From a virus (Duplodnaviria > Caudoviricetes), in IMG/VR virus record IMGVR_UViG_3300032330_001398: a stretch of 64,000 nucleotides of DNA. One strand, 5' to 3'. A model generated the notes under the pieces. It did no database searches. It worked only from the letters and a program-made list of their open reading frames with translations, and had not been told where the DNA came from. The number at the start of each line of letters is the position of its first letter. Position 1 is the first letter of the stretch. A program made the translations under genes and the position numbers. Shown here piece after piece: positions 1 through 8,697 of this stretch.

Positions 1-195
1 ACTACCACTACCACTACCACAACCACCAAGCCAACAACAACCACAACCACCAAGCCAACAACAACTACCACTACCACTACCACTACCACAACCATCAAGC
101 CAACAACAACCACAACCACAGTAAAGCCAACAACTACTACTAGCACAACCACTACATCAAGACCAACAACAACTACTAGTACAACAACTACATAT
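1..195 (+). repeat. Degenerate ACN-codon tandem repeats (TTKPTTTT, ~24-bp period)
   Basis: accaccaagccaacaacaaccaca-like units and actacc runs encoding poly-Thr. Confidence 0.85.
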
Positions 196-381
196 CCACC
201 ATGCCTTGATCCCACTCCTCCATGTGGAAGTAGTAATAATAATGGTCTATGTGAAAATAAAGGATATTATTCTGGATATGTTAGTTATCCCGGCTGTTCT
301 TGTGAGCAAGGTTTTACTGGAGGATTTATTCAAGTAGCATTTGAGAATGGAATTACTTGTTGCTGTAGATATGACTATTAA
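1..381 (+). CDS. Partial (5'-truncated) Thr-rich mucin-like protein with C-terminal 8-Cys module
   Basis: Frame 1 open from base 1 to TAA at 379-381: TTTTTTTTTKPTTTTTTKP...TTYPPCLDPTPPCGSSNNNGLCENKGYYSGYVSYPGCSCEQGFTGGFIQVAFENGITCCCRYDY. Absent from the ORF track (no start in window). Confidence 0.8.
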   Translation, partial: TTTTTTTTTKPTTTTTTKPTTTTTTTTTTTTIKPTTTTTTVKPTTTTSTTTTSRPTTTTSTTTTYPPCLDPTPPCGSSNNNGLCENKGYYSGYVSYPGCSCEQGFTGGFIQVAFENGITCCCRYDY

Positions 382-395
382 CTAAGAAATAAATT

Positions 396-2102
396 ATGAC
401 ACAAGATCCATGTAAATGCGGCGAACTTTACTTACCAAAAGGTGATATATTTTCACCTAAAAATGGTATGAGAGTTCGTATAATAACCGAGAATTCCTAT
501 TATGATGATACATTATTGCACGACGTTGATGTTTTTATTAGTAATGGTAGATTACTATTAACCTTGTCGCCCAAAATTAAATCAGACCGCCCAATCTATG
601 CTAAGAGTATCATTCTATACTTAGGTTCTGATATTGAAGATAGCCCAATCATAAAGAACGCTATACAGATAGTTATTAAAGTTGCACAAACAAAGAAAGT
701 TCTTATAAACAAAGTAATAGGTTCTTTGGGAGAGTCCAACGAGTTCTATTTTAGTTCATTTTTACCAAATAACTTATCTTTACTTCTTAATAGTTGTGAT
801 ATTGCTGATCAAATAGACTTAAATAATAAAACCCTACAAATAGAAATTTATAGCGTTTGTGATAATTCTGAAATATTGTGTTGTAATGTGTTACCAAGTA
901 AATTCTATCTATATAATATTAGAACAGTTAATTGCCCAACTACAACAACTATACGTCCAACAACAACAATCATCCCCACAACAACGCCACAACCTGTGTG
1001 TGATCCTAGATATTATAGTTCAGCGTGGGGTTGTGATAATTTAGTACCACATGGCCCACCTTCTTTATCGATGACCTATACTGTTAATGCTGGTAGCACT
1101 TTTGGTTCACGCGATTATGGAAGAGTATTTCAGAATACTGGATTTAAGTTAAATGCTGGAGACAGCTATAAAATAAGAGCGGCAGGATGTGTTTCTTCTT
1201 ATTGTATTCCTAATTCTTGCTGGGGTCATGGTCCAAATTTTCAACCAGAATTAGTTGGTTTTATTTTGACCAAACGAACCTATGGCGCATCGTGGCCAAT
1301 TCTTGTTTATGATAACGACCCTTCCGATAGAGATGGTATACCAAGCGCAATAAAATTTGGATCTTATTATGAAGGCGTAGCGTCCGAAGATGGAGAATTA
1401 TATCTTGGCGTTAATGATCCTTTTAGAAGTTTGTATAATATTGGATCATATTGCGTTCTTGTTGAAAAGATATTACCAACCACAACAACCACAACCACAA
1501 CCACAACCACGACTACAACAACCACAACTACGACCACAACAACGTGCGCTCCAACATGTGATGGTTATTGTAAATGCTATGACGAATCTCATTTTAGAGG
1601 TGATAATTATTATGGAACAAGTCCAGATGGTTCAACTTGTTCCAATGGAAATTCTTATTTAGGAACTGTAAGTACGTTTATTATAAATGGTCAATCAGTT
1701 AGATGCTGTTGTAATCAAATTATACAACAACCAACAACAACTACAACTAGCACTACCAGTACAACAACCAGCACTACAACTAGCACTACAACTAGCACCA
1801 CTACTAGCACCACTACTAGCACCACTACTAGCACCACTACTAGCACCACAACCAGTACTACAACCAGTACCACTACTAGCACTACAAGCACCACTAGTAG
1901 TACAACTAGTACCAGCACCACAACAACATGCGCTCCAACCTGTGAAGGTCAATGTGAATGTGGTGGAAATTATTATGGTGGCAGCGATTATGGCGGTAGC
2001 GATCCAGTTGGAAATTATTGCTTAAGTGGTGGAGTAGACGGTGTAATACAACAGTTCGTAATAAATGGTCAACAGAAAAAATGCTGTTGTCAAACCAATT
2101 AG
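396..2102 (+). CDS. Mucin-like putative virion protein: N-terminal domain, PA-IL/LecA-like lectin domain, poly-Thr and STTT stalks, two 8-Cys modules
   Basis: 568-aa ORF; QNTG...GD..I.AAG...GP...LVG...G.LYLGVND...N.GSY.V.V pattern (~1071-1470) resembles PA-IL-like domains; ~22 consecutive Thr; two CAPTC...NG...CCC modules. Confidence 0.75.
   Translation: MTQDPCKCGELYLPKGDIFSPKNGMRVRIITENSYYDDTLLHDVDVFISNGRLLLTLSPKIKSDRPIYAKSIILYLGSDIEDSPIIKNAIQIVIKVAQTKKVLINKVIGSLGESNEFYFSSFLPNNLSLLLNSCDIADQIDLNNKTLQIEIYSVCDNSEILCCNVLPSKFYLYNIRTVNCPTTTTIRPTTTIIPTTTPQPVCDPRYYSSAWGCDNLVPHGPPSLSMTYTVNAGSTFGSRDYGRVFQNTGFKLNAGDSYKIRAAGCVSSYCIPNSCWGHGPNFQPELVGFILTKRTYGASWPILVYDNDPSDRDGIPSAIKFGSYYEGVASEDGELYLGVNDPFRSLYNIGSYCVLVEKILPTTTTTTTTTTTTTTTTTTTTTTCAPTCDGYCKCYDESHFRGDNYYGTSPDGSTCSNGNSYLGTVSTFIINGQSVRCCCNQIIQQPTTTTTSTTSTTTSTTTSTTTSTTTSTTTSTTTSTTTSTTTSTTTSTTTSTTSTTSSTTSTSTTTTCAPTCEGQCECGGNYYGGSDYGGSDPVGNYCLSGGVDGVIQQFVINGQQKKCCCQTN
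1770..1910 (+). repeat. 12-bp tandem repeat encoding STTT
   Basis: agcaccactact x4 perfect (1794-1841), agcactacaact x2 upstream, degenerate copies downstream. Confidence 0.9.
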
Positions 2103-2146
2103 AGCTATAATATATAGGATTTTGAAATCACAATGAAAGGAAATTT

Positions 2147-2746
2147 ATGAAACTCAATAATACTATCACTATTATTCCACCACCATTCACAGATCATACT
2201 GGCAAAATTACATACCCAAACAATATAATACTAGATAATTTAGAATTAGTTTTTACAGATAATACGAAAGCTAAGACCGTACATGCTCATATTATCGGAA
2301 TTCCTAATCCACTATTATTATGGTCCGATAATACATATGATGATGCTGGAGATTGGACACAACTTCAAGCTGAAAATAGAATAAATGAGCTATTGGGCGA
2401 TAATCAAGCAGTATCTTTACGAGCATTATTTCCTAAAACACTAGAAGAATATCCAAATAGTCCCGGCACAGTATTGTCAAAAATGATCAAAAGTCTAGGT
2501 TTTACTATGTCAGACAGTTGTTCTTGCAAAAGACATGCATTAGAAATGAACGATAAAGGAAATGATTGGTGTTCAGAAAATTTAGATACAATTATTGGGT
2601 GGCTAAGAGAAGAAACTAATCGTAGAAATCTTCCGTTTATTGAGACTATCGCAAGATTAATGGTAAATAGAGCTATTAAAAAATCTAGAAAATTACTAGC
2701 AAATGAGCCAGTTCCAGAAAATGACGAGGAATTAGACAACGTTTAA
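2147..2746 (+). CDS. Hypothetical phage protein with C-terminal CSC/DWC motif domain
   Basis: 199-aa ORF, SD aagga; PGTVLSKMI...CSCKRHALEMN.KG.DWC. Confidence 0.75.
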   Translation: MKLNNTITIIPPPFTDHTGKITYPNNIILDNLELVFTDNTKAKTVHAHIIGIPNPLLLWSDNTYDDAGDWTQLQAENRINELLGDNQAVSLRALFPKTLEEYPNSPGTVLSKMIKSLGFTMSDSCSCKRHALEMNDKGNDWCSENLDTIIGWLREETNRRNLPFIETIARLMVNRAIKKSRKLLANEPVPENDEELDNV

Positions 2747-2749
2747 TAT

Positions 2750-2766
2750 GTGTATTTCATAGTATG
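2750..2766 (+). promoter_or_regulatory. Putative late-promoter motif variant GTGTAT-N7-TATG
   Basis: gtgtat ttcatag tatg, intergenic, upstream of the 2799 ATG. Confidence 0.45.
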
Positions 2767-2798
2767 GGACCACCATATCATTATAAATAAGAGATATT

Positions 2799-5123
2799 AT
2801 GTTTAAATTATCAGATAGAGTTAAAGAAACAACGCTAACTCAAGGAACCGGCACCCTAACACTGGCCGGTTCTTTTGGTAGTTTTCAAAGTTTTTTAGAT
2901 GGTATTGGCGAAGGAAACTCAACGTTCTATACTATTGAAAATAATAATCAATTTGAAATTGGTATTGGGACATTTAGTTCTAATACTCTTTCAAGAGACA
3001 CTATTTTAAGTAGTAACAATAGTAATAATAAGATTAATCTAGCCGGTATGTCGCTAGTATTCTGCACATATCCAGCTAGTAAATCTGTTTTCTTAGAAGA
3101 TGGTTTTATCAAATCATTATCGCCACAATATAGTGGTATTATTTTTCCAGATCAGACTTTTTTAACATCTGCCAATGGAATCACTGGAGGTTCTGGAAAT
3201 ATAGAATTACCAACTGGTTTAGTTTATACAAATGATAGCAGACTATCAGATGATCGCTACCCTTTATATCATATTCATAATATTGTTGATGTAAGTGGAC
3301 TACAGAGTTCTTTGGATAGCAAGCAACCTTCTGGTAATTATGCTAGCTCAAGTCATTCACACATAATATCTGATGTTAGCGGATTACAATTAGCATTAGA
3401 TGAAAAACAACCAAGCGGTAATTATGCAGCAAGTTCCCACACCCACACCAGTTCTAGCATTACAGATTTTAATTCTTCGGTTAGTGGTTTATTGCCAGTA
3501 AAAGATATAACTGCTGGTTATGATATTTCTATTACTAATACTAGTGGAACTTATTCTATAGCATCAACAAATCTTGTTCACATTGACGGTAAACAACCTC
3601 ACGGATTCGTCAATAGAACAGATAGTGTTATTAGTCTTAGTGGAAATATTTTTACTATTGCCCCAACTGGAGCTTCATATGCTATTTATAACAATGGATT
3701 AAAAATTATAAAAACAGCACCAGAAAGTATAACAATACCTTCTGGAATCACCCAAATTAATTATATTCATTTTAATTCTGATACTACAGCTATAGATAAT
3801 AAAACAACCGGATTTGATTTTACAACCGATCTACCAATAGCTTTTATAAGTTGGAATGGGTCAATCTCTCCTAGTGGACAAATGACCTTTTTTGCTGAAG
3901 AACGTCATGGTATAAACATGGACGCACGAACTCAGCAATGGATTCATAATACATTCGGCGCTCAGTATATTAATGGTTTAAGTATTGGTAATTATGTTTT
4001 GGGCGGTAATGGATCAAGTAATACTCATGCTACATTTGCTATAAGCAATGGAACTATCTATCAAGAAGATATTCAGATTGATATAACTGATACTACTGAT
4101 GTTAATTTGCCATTTGGTCAAGAATTAAATCCTATTGCTCAAATACCAATTTATTATCATGAAGGAAATACTGGACAGTGGGTTAAGAGTATTCCAAATG
4201 ATTATGCTATGGCTTATGGTGCTAATGGTCCAAAATATAATTTATTAACTGGTAGTACTTGGACTGTTGAAAATGTTCATAGTGGCTCACAAACAAGATA
4301 TTTCGCGGTATGGATTCTTGCAACTAATCAGCTTGATAATCCAATTATTAGCATATTAGGACAAAGAGTTGATAACACATTAAATGCAGCAGAAAATAAT
4401 AATAGCTGGAGCGATGTTAATCTAACAAATCTGCCACTCAATGAAGTACAAATATTATATCGTTTAATTTACGCTGGAGATGCTGATTATACAAATACTC
4501 CAAAAGCTAAATTAATGAGTATATTGGATTTGAGAACAGCGTCTATAGTAAATACTGTTGGCACACCACAAAACGATCACGGCAGTTTGTTTGGTTTGGG
4601 CGACGATGATCATGGTCAGTATGTTCATATAGATAATGCGCGAACTATCAGTGCCATTCATACTCTTACTAATGGTATAACTTTCGATGGTAGTGGTACA
4701 CAAACAGTTCCATATATACCAAACCAAGTAAATATTACTGGCGGTTCTGGAGATTTCTCATCACTTAAATTAAATTCAACAACAGTATCAGTTAGTGGAC
4801 ACTCCCACACATCATCCGATATTAGTGATTTCAATAGTTCTGTAAGTGGAATATTACCAGTTAAAAATATTTTATCTGGAACTAATGTTACTATTAGTTC
4901 ATCTAGTGGTAATTACACTGTAAATTCAACGCAAATACTTAATTATGCTACTACAGCAAGTTTCCCAACAACTGGATCTACAAATACTTATTATTTATCT
5001 TCTGACACTGGCAGATTTTATCAATGGACAGGATCATATTATGCTGAAATAGGTCCACCAATATCCAGTATAAATAATGCTCAAAATGCCGCTAATCTTT
5101 ATATGTGGAGTAACTTTAAATAG
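2799..5123 (+). CDS. Tail fibre protein
   Basis: 774 aa; N-terminal DRVKETT..GTG domain shared with ORF 9644; HxH-containing 28-aa repeats; H.SL.GL.DDDH.QY fibre motif. Confidence 0.75.
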   Translation: MFKLSDRVKETTLTQGTGTLTLAGSFGSFQSFLDGIGEGNSTFYTIENNNQFEIGIGTFSSNTLSRDTILSSNNSNNKINLAGMSLVFCTYPASKSVFLEDGFIKSLSPQYSGIIFPDQTFLTSANGITGGSGNIELPTGLVYTNDSRLSDDRYPLYHIHNIVDVSGLQSSLDSKQPSGNYASSSHSHIISDVSGLQLALDEKQPSGNYAASSHTHTSSSITDFNSSVSGLLPVKDITAGYDISITNTSGTYSIASTNLVHIDGKQPHGFVNRTDSVISLSGNIFTIAPTGASYAIYNNGLKIIKTAPESITIPSGITQINYIHFNSDTTAIDNKTTGFDFTTDLPIAFISWNGSISPSGQMTFFAEERHGINMDARTQQWIHNTFGAQYINGLSIGNYVLGGNGSSNTHATFAISNGTIYQEDIQIDITDTTDVNLPFGQELNPIAQIPIYYHEGNTGQWVKSIPNDYAMAYGANGPKYNLLTGSTWTVENVHSGSQTRYFAVWILATNQLDNPIISILGQRVDNTLNAAENNNSWSDVNLTNLPLNEVQILYRLIYAGDADYTNTPKAKLMSILDLRTASIVNTVGTPQNDHGSLFGLGDDDHGQYVHIDNARTISAIHTLTNGITFDGSGTQTVPYIPNQVNITGGSGDFSSLKLNSTTVSVSGHSHTSSDISDFNSSVSGILPVKNILSGTNVTISSSSGNYTVNSTQILNYATTASFPTTGSTNTYYLSSDTGRFYQWTGSYYAEIGPPISSINNAQNAANLYMWSNFK
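3270..3446 (+). repeat. 84-bp (28-aa) tandem fibre repeat HxHxIxDVSGLQxxLDxKQPSGNYAxSS
   Basis: Two copies plus a third HTH visible in the translation. Confidence 0.85.
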
Positions 5124-5134
5124 GAGAATAAATT

Positions 5135-5518
5135 ATGGCCGTAAGTCCCTCATTTGCCGCAACACCAAGAATAGGAAACGTCAGCATTGCTACCGCTGAT
5201 AGTTCATATACGTCGCCTACTAATTTTGGTACTGCGATTACAGGTGGAGCTAATGGAACTAGAATCTCAGAGATAGTAGTTAAATGTGCTGCTACTAGTG
5301 CTGCTGCTATAGTTCGTTCATTTTTACATGATGGTAGTTCATATTATCTTTTTGATGAATATACAATAGTTGCCGCAACGGGATCAAGCACTGTTCAGCA
5401 AACTAGAGTAAGTACCAGTTATAATAATCTTATATTACCTAGTTCTTCTTGGACTTTAAGAGTAACTACTAGCGTATCACAAACTACACATGTTACTGTT
5501 TTAGGTGCTGATTTATGA
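5135..5518 (+). CDS. Small fibre-associated structural protein (putative)
   Basis: 127 aa, SD aggag, beta-rich, ends GADL; between fibre and Gly-rich genes. Confidence 0.65.
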   Translation: MAVSPSFAATPRIGNVSIATADSSYTSPTNFGTAITGGANGTRISEIVVKCAATSAAAIVRSFLHDGSSYYLFDEYTIVAATGSSTVQQTRVSTSYNNLILPSSSWTLRVTTSVSQTTHVTVLGADL

Positions 5519-6396
5519 ATAATGGTATTTATGGTTTTGGTTCTAGTTTAGTATCTTCTAATCCTTATGGGCCATATGGAATATCTGGTTCTTCATCTGC
5601 TGCTGGAAGCATACAATTATTAATTATAGGAGGTGGAGGTGGTGGATCAGCGGGTGTTGCGACTCGTTCTGGTCCCGGCGGTGGAGGTGGTGGTGCGATA
5701 GAGATTACATCGCTTGGCATTGTACTCCAGACCGCATACACAGTGTCTATCGGCGCTGGTGGTGCCGCGTCCGCTGTTGGAAACTCCACGCAGTTTGGCG
5801 CAATGGCTGCTGTTGGAGGCGGGCAAGCATTTAATACTGGCGGCGCAATTCCGCTATCTGGTGCGACAGGGGGAGGGTCCATCGGCGCGTCTCGTTGGGC
5901 AACCATCGTGCCATCGCAGGGATTTGGAGGCGGCATAGGCATATCACCGTTCAACGCAACTGGCGGCGGTGGCGGTGCTGGCGCTCAAGGTGCTGATGCA
6001 ACTTCTAGCGCATGTGGGAAAGGTGGAGATGGAAAAACATCATCAATTTCTGGAGTGTCGGCACAGTACGGTGCTGGCGGTGGCGCTGGCGCATATGTAG
6101 GCACAGCAACTGCTGGAAGTGGAGGAGCAAGTGGTGGAGGCGCTGGATCGTCTGCCGTCGCTTCTGCCGGGACGGCTGGCGCATCTAATACTGGTGGCGG
6201 TGGCGGCGGCGGTGCGGCAAACGGTACTACTTCTAGTTCTGGTGCTGCTGGTGGTTCTGGTATAATTATACTTCGCTGGAATTCCTCTATGATGAAAATT
6301 AATATAGGTGTTGGTTTAACGTCTACCACATCAGCAGTTGGTTCAGATACTGTGGTAACTATCACAGGTGGAACCGGAACAGTATCATGGAGTTAA
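5515..6396 (+). CDS. Glycine-rich (polyglycine-II-type) adhesin-like protein 1
   Basis: LIIGGGGGG...GGGGGGA...GAGG...NTGGGGGG...GGSGIIILRW pattern; ATGA overlap with upstream gene. Confidence 0.75.
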   Translation: MNNGIYGFGSSLVSSNPYGPYGISGSSSAAGSIQLLIIGGGGGGSAGVATRSGPGGGGGGAIEITSLGIVLQTAYTVSIGAGGAASAVGNSTQFGAMAAVGGGQAFNTGGAIPLSGATGGGSIGASRWATIVPSQGFGGGIGISPFNATGGGGGAGAQGADATSSACGKGGDGKTSSISGVSAQYGAGGGAGAYVGTATAGSGGASGGGAGSSAVASAGTAGASNTGGGGGGGAANGTTSSSGAAGGSGIIILRWNSSMMKINIGVGLTSTTSAVGSDTVVTITGGTGTVSWS

Positions 6397-6399
6397 TTT

Positions 6400-7299
6400 A
6401 TGCCATTTAGTTTTCCAAATAATCCAACAGTAAACCAATATTCTCGTCAAAATAATAGAGTATATAGATGGAGTGGATACTCATGGGATTTAGCTTCTGA
6501 TAATTTATCTATTTCTGTATTAGTTGTTGGCGGTGGCGGCGCTGGTGGTTCTGGAGGAGCTACGTCTTCTATCGGCGGGGGCGGTGGAGGCGGGGGTGTT
6601 GTCGAACAAACTATAGCAATAATTTTAAACTCAACTATTGCTGTTACGGTTGGCGCTGGAGGAACTGGTTCTACGACGAACGGGATTAGAAGCACATTTG
6701 GCAACGGTAGTCGATTTGACAACATTGTGGCTGCGGGAGGTGGTTCTGGCGGGATTAACGACTCTAATGGAACATATGGTCCAGTAGTTCGTTATGGTGG
6801 ACACGGAGCAAATGGTGGTGGTCGCTGGGCTAGCACAGGCGTACTAGATTTTGCCGGTTTGTCCGTGACCGGCACTGGATTTAGCGGTGGCAACGGTGAC
6901 AACTTTAATCCCGGCGGCGGCGGTGGTGCTGGTGCGGTTGGTGCAAATTCTGGCGCAGGTGGTGCTGGAAGAGCATCAACCATAACTGGTTTAACTTATG
7001 GTGGAGGTGGAGGTGGGGGCCGCAGTGGTTCTGTCGGTGGAACAGGTGGTGGAGGTTCTGGTGGCGCATCTGGCGTATCTGCCGCAGCGGGGACTGCTAA
7101 TACTGGCGGTGGCGGTGGTGGAGCATTTGCAGCTTCTACAGCTACTGGAACTGGAGGTTCTGGCGTTGTGGTGTTGCGTTTTGAAGCCACATTAACAATA
7201 ACACTTTCAGCAGGATTATCATACTCAACAGCTTCTTCTGGGACAGATACAATTGTTACAATTACAGCAGGTACAGGAACAGTTACTTTTACAGTTTAA
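6400..7299 (+). CDS. Glycine-rich adhesin-like protein 2 (paralog of 5515)
   Basis: VLVVGGGGAGG...ANTGGGGGG...GGSGVVVLRF...DTIVTITAGTGTVTF; N-terminal FPNNPT...Y.W.G..W motif. Confidence 0.75.
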   Translation: MPFSFPNNPTVNQYSRQNNRVYRWSGYSWDLASDNLSISVLVVGGGGAGGSGGATSSIGGGGGGGGVVEQTIAIILNSTIAVTVGAGGTGSTTNGIRSTFGNGSRFDNIVAAGGGSGGINDSNGTYGPVVRYGGHGANGGGRWASTGVLDFAGLSVTGTGFSGGNGDNFNPGGGGGAGAVGANSGAGGAGRASTITGLTYGGGGGGGRSGSVGGTGGGGSGGASGVSAAAGTANTGGGGGGAFAASTATGTGGSGVVVLRFEATLTITLSAGLSYSTASSGTDTIVTITAGTGTVTFTV

Positions 7300-7312
7300 T
7301 AGGAGGATTGAT

Positions 7313-7633
7313 ATGGCTCATTACGCATTTTTAGATGAAAATAATATTGTTACAGAAGTTATAGTTGGCAAGAACGAGGGAGAAGATGGTATTGATTGGG
7401 AGATTCATTATGGAACCATTCGTGGTCAAATATGCAAGCGCACATCCTACAATACAATTGGTGGAGTTCATAACGGTTCTGGAGTTCCATATAGGAAAAA
7501 TTATGCTGGTATAGGTTACTCTTTTCGTGAAGATGTTAACTTTCCAGATGGAGCTTTTATCACCCCCTGTCCCGGCGAAAATTATATACTAGATGAAAAT
7601 ACTTGCTTGTGGGTAGAAGCACCGGCACTATAA
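7313..7633 (+). CDS. Phage protein following Gly-rich adhesins (MAHYA-type)
   Basis: Start moved to ATG 7313 behind SD aggagg; MAHYAFLDENNIV...KRTSYN...RKNYAGIGY. Confidence 0.75.
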   Translation: MAHYAFLDENNIVTEVIVGKNEGEDGIDWEIHYGTIRGQICKRTSYNTIGGVHNGSGVPYRKNYAGIGYSFREDVNFPDGAFITPCPGENYILDENTCLWVEAPAL

Positions 7634-7638
7634 TTATA

Positions 7639-7655
7639 GTGTATAACTAACTAGA
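7639..7655 (+). promoter_or_regulatory. Putative late-promoter motif GTGTAT-N7-TAGA
   Basis: gtgtat aactaac taga, intergenic. Confidence 0.6.
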
Positions 7656-7670
7656 GAATATAGGACAAAT

Positions 7671-7841
7671 ATGTTTGAATTTAGTTTTTTACCATTTTCT
7701 ACCTCAAATACACTATATTTTAATAGTGAATTATACAGCATAAATCTCAATATCAGTAAGGTTCACGAATATTCTACTAAAATTACTAAACTAATAGAAT
7801 TATCGCTAAATATAGAACAAAATAATACACTAATTTTATAG
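7671..7841 (+). CDS. Small hypothetical protein (56 aa), below ORF-track cutoff
   Basis: SD agga, ATG 7671 to TAG 7841: MFEFSFLPFSTSNTLYFNSELYSINLNISKVHEYSTKITKLIELSLNIEQNNTLIL; fills the gap after the promoter motif. Confidence 0.6.
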   Translation: MFEFSFLPFSTSNTLYFNSELYSINLNISKVHEYSTKITKLIELSLNIEQNNTLIL

Positions 7842-7848
7842 GTATAAT

Positions 7849-8154
7849 ATGTCGTGCGAAATACACGTAAATGATATTGGCACAAGATTTTTAGCCACAA
7901 TCAAAGATTGCGATACTATTGTTAATGTGTCTGGCGCTCCATATATAAACTTTACTTTTAAAAAACCTGACGATTCATTGATAAGTAGAAGTGCTACAAT
8001 ATATACTAATGGTGCTGATGGCAAAATTTATTACGATACTGTTTCTGGAGATTTGGACCAAGCCGGTTTGTACAAACTACAAGGACAAGTTTCTTTAGCT
8101 AGTGGAACATTTTATACGGACATATACAACTTTACAGTACACTGCAACCTATAA
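7849..8154 (+). CDS. BppU-N-like small structural domain protein
   Basis: DIG..F..TIKD...VNVSGA...FKKPD...DGKIYY...GDLDQAG.Y pattern. Confidence 0.55.
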   Translation: MSCEIHVNDIGTRFLATIKDCDTIVNVSGAPYINFTFKKPDDSLISRSATIYTNGADGKIYYDTVSGDLDQAGLYKLQGQVSLASGTFYTDIYNFTVHCNL

Positions 8155-8164
8155 AGGATAAACT

Positions 8165-8686
8165 ATGTCTTGGCAAGGTCAACTATCCACAATCGTTAGG
8201 TATTTAATCAATGATGTTGATTCTGATAACTATAAATATAATGACAGAAGAATAGAAACAACAATATTAGTTAGCGCACAAATAGTTACTTTAGAAGTAG
8301 ATTTAAATAATGCTTATTCTATAAACATAGAACAATGTTACTTAAGTCCAGACCCTACCGATTCAGCAACCCTAGATAATGCCTTCATAAATCTAGTATC
8401 TCTTAAATCCGCAATGATAATTATTGGTGGAGAAGTTAGATCAGAAGCGTCAAACGCTATTTCTATCAAAGACGGCCCATCAGCTATTGATTTAAGAGGT
8501 GTTGCTGGAACACTATCGGTCTTATACAAAGATCTAAATGATAAATATGCCAAATTACTACTTGATTACCGCGCTGGTGGTAGCATAGCTGGTAAAGCTA
8601 TTCTTGGTCCATATAGTAATGGTAGCGACTTCGTAGCGCGAACCCATAACGATTACAATTTTAGAGGCGGCTATTTTAGATATTAA
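8165..8686 (+). CDS. Putative head-tail adaptor (connector) protein
   Basis: 173 aa; VRYLIND......Y.D..I helical N-terminus, I.DGPS.ID hairpin; position upstream of neck genes. Confidence 0.5.
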   Translation: MSWQGQLSTIVRYLINDVDSDNYKYNDRRIETTILVSAQIVTLEVDLNNAYSINIEQCYLSPDPTDSATLDNAFINLVSLKSAMIIIGGEVRSEASNAISIKDGPSAIDLRGVAGTLSVLYKDLNDKYAKLLLDYRAGGSIAGKAILGPYSNGSDFVARTHNDYNFRGGYFRY

Positions 8687-8697
8687 GGGAGGATTCT

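Noticed and set aside
1-1930. Short tandem repeats as a CRISPR array
   Set aside because: No constant repeat with unique spacers; the repeats are in-frame Thr/Ser codons
1687-2025. Alternative-frame and antisense ORFs (poly-VL, PLLA, GASS)
   Set aside because: Shadows of the STTT repeat; no SD or independent features
1545-2090. Duplicated Cys modules as a DGR template/variable repeat pair
   Set aside because: Differences are not adenine-restricted, both copies are coding, and no reverse transcriptase is in the window
5565-7190. Pro-rich antisense ORFs
   Set aside because: Reverse complements of Gly codon runs
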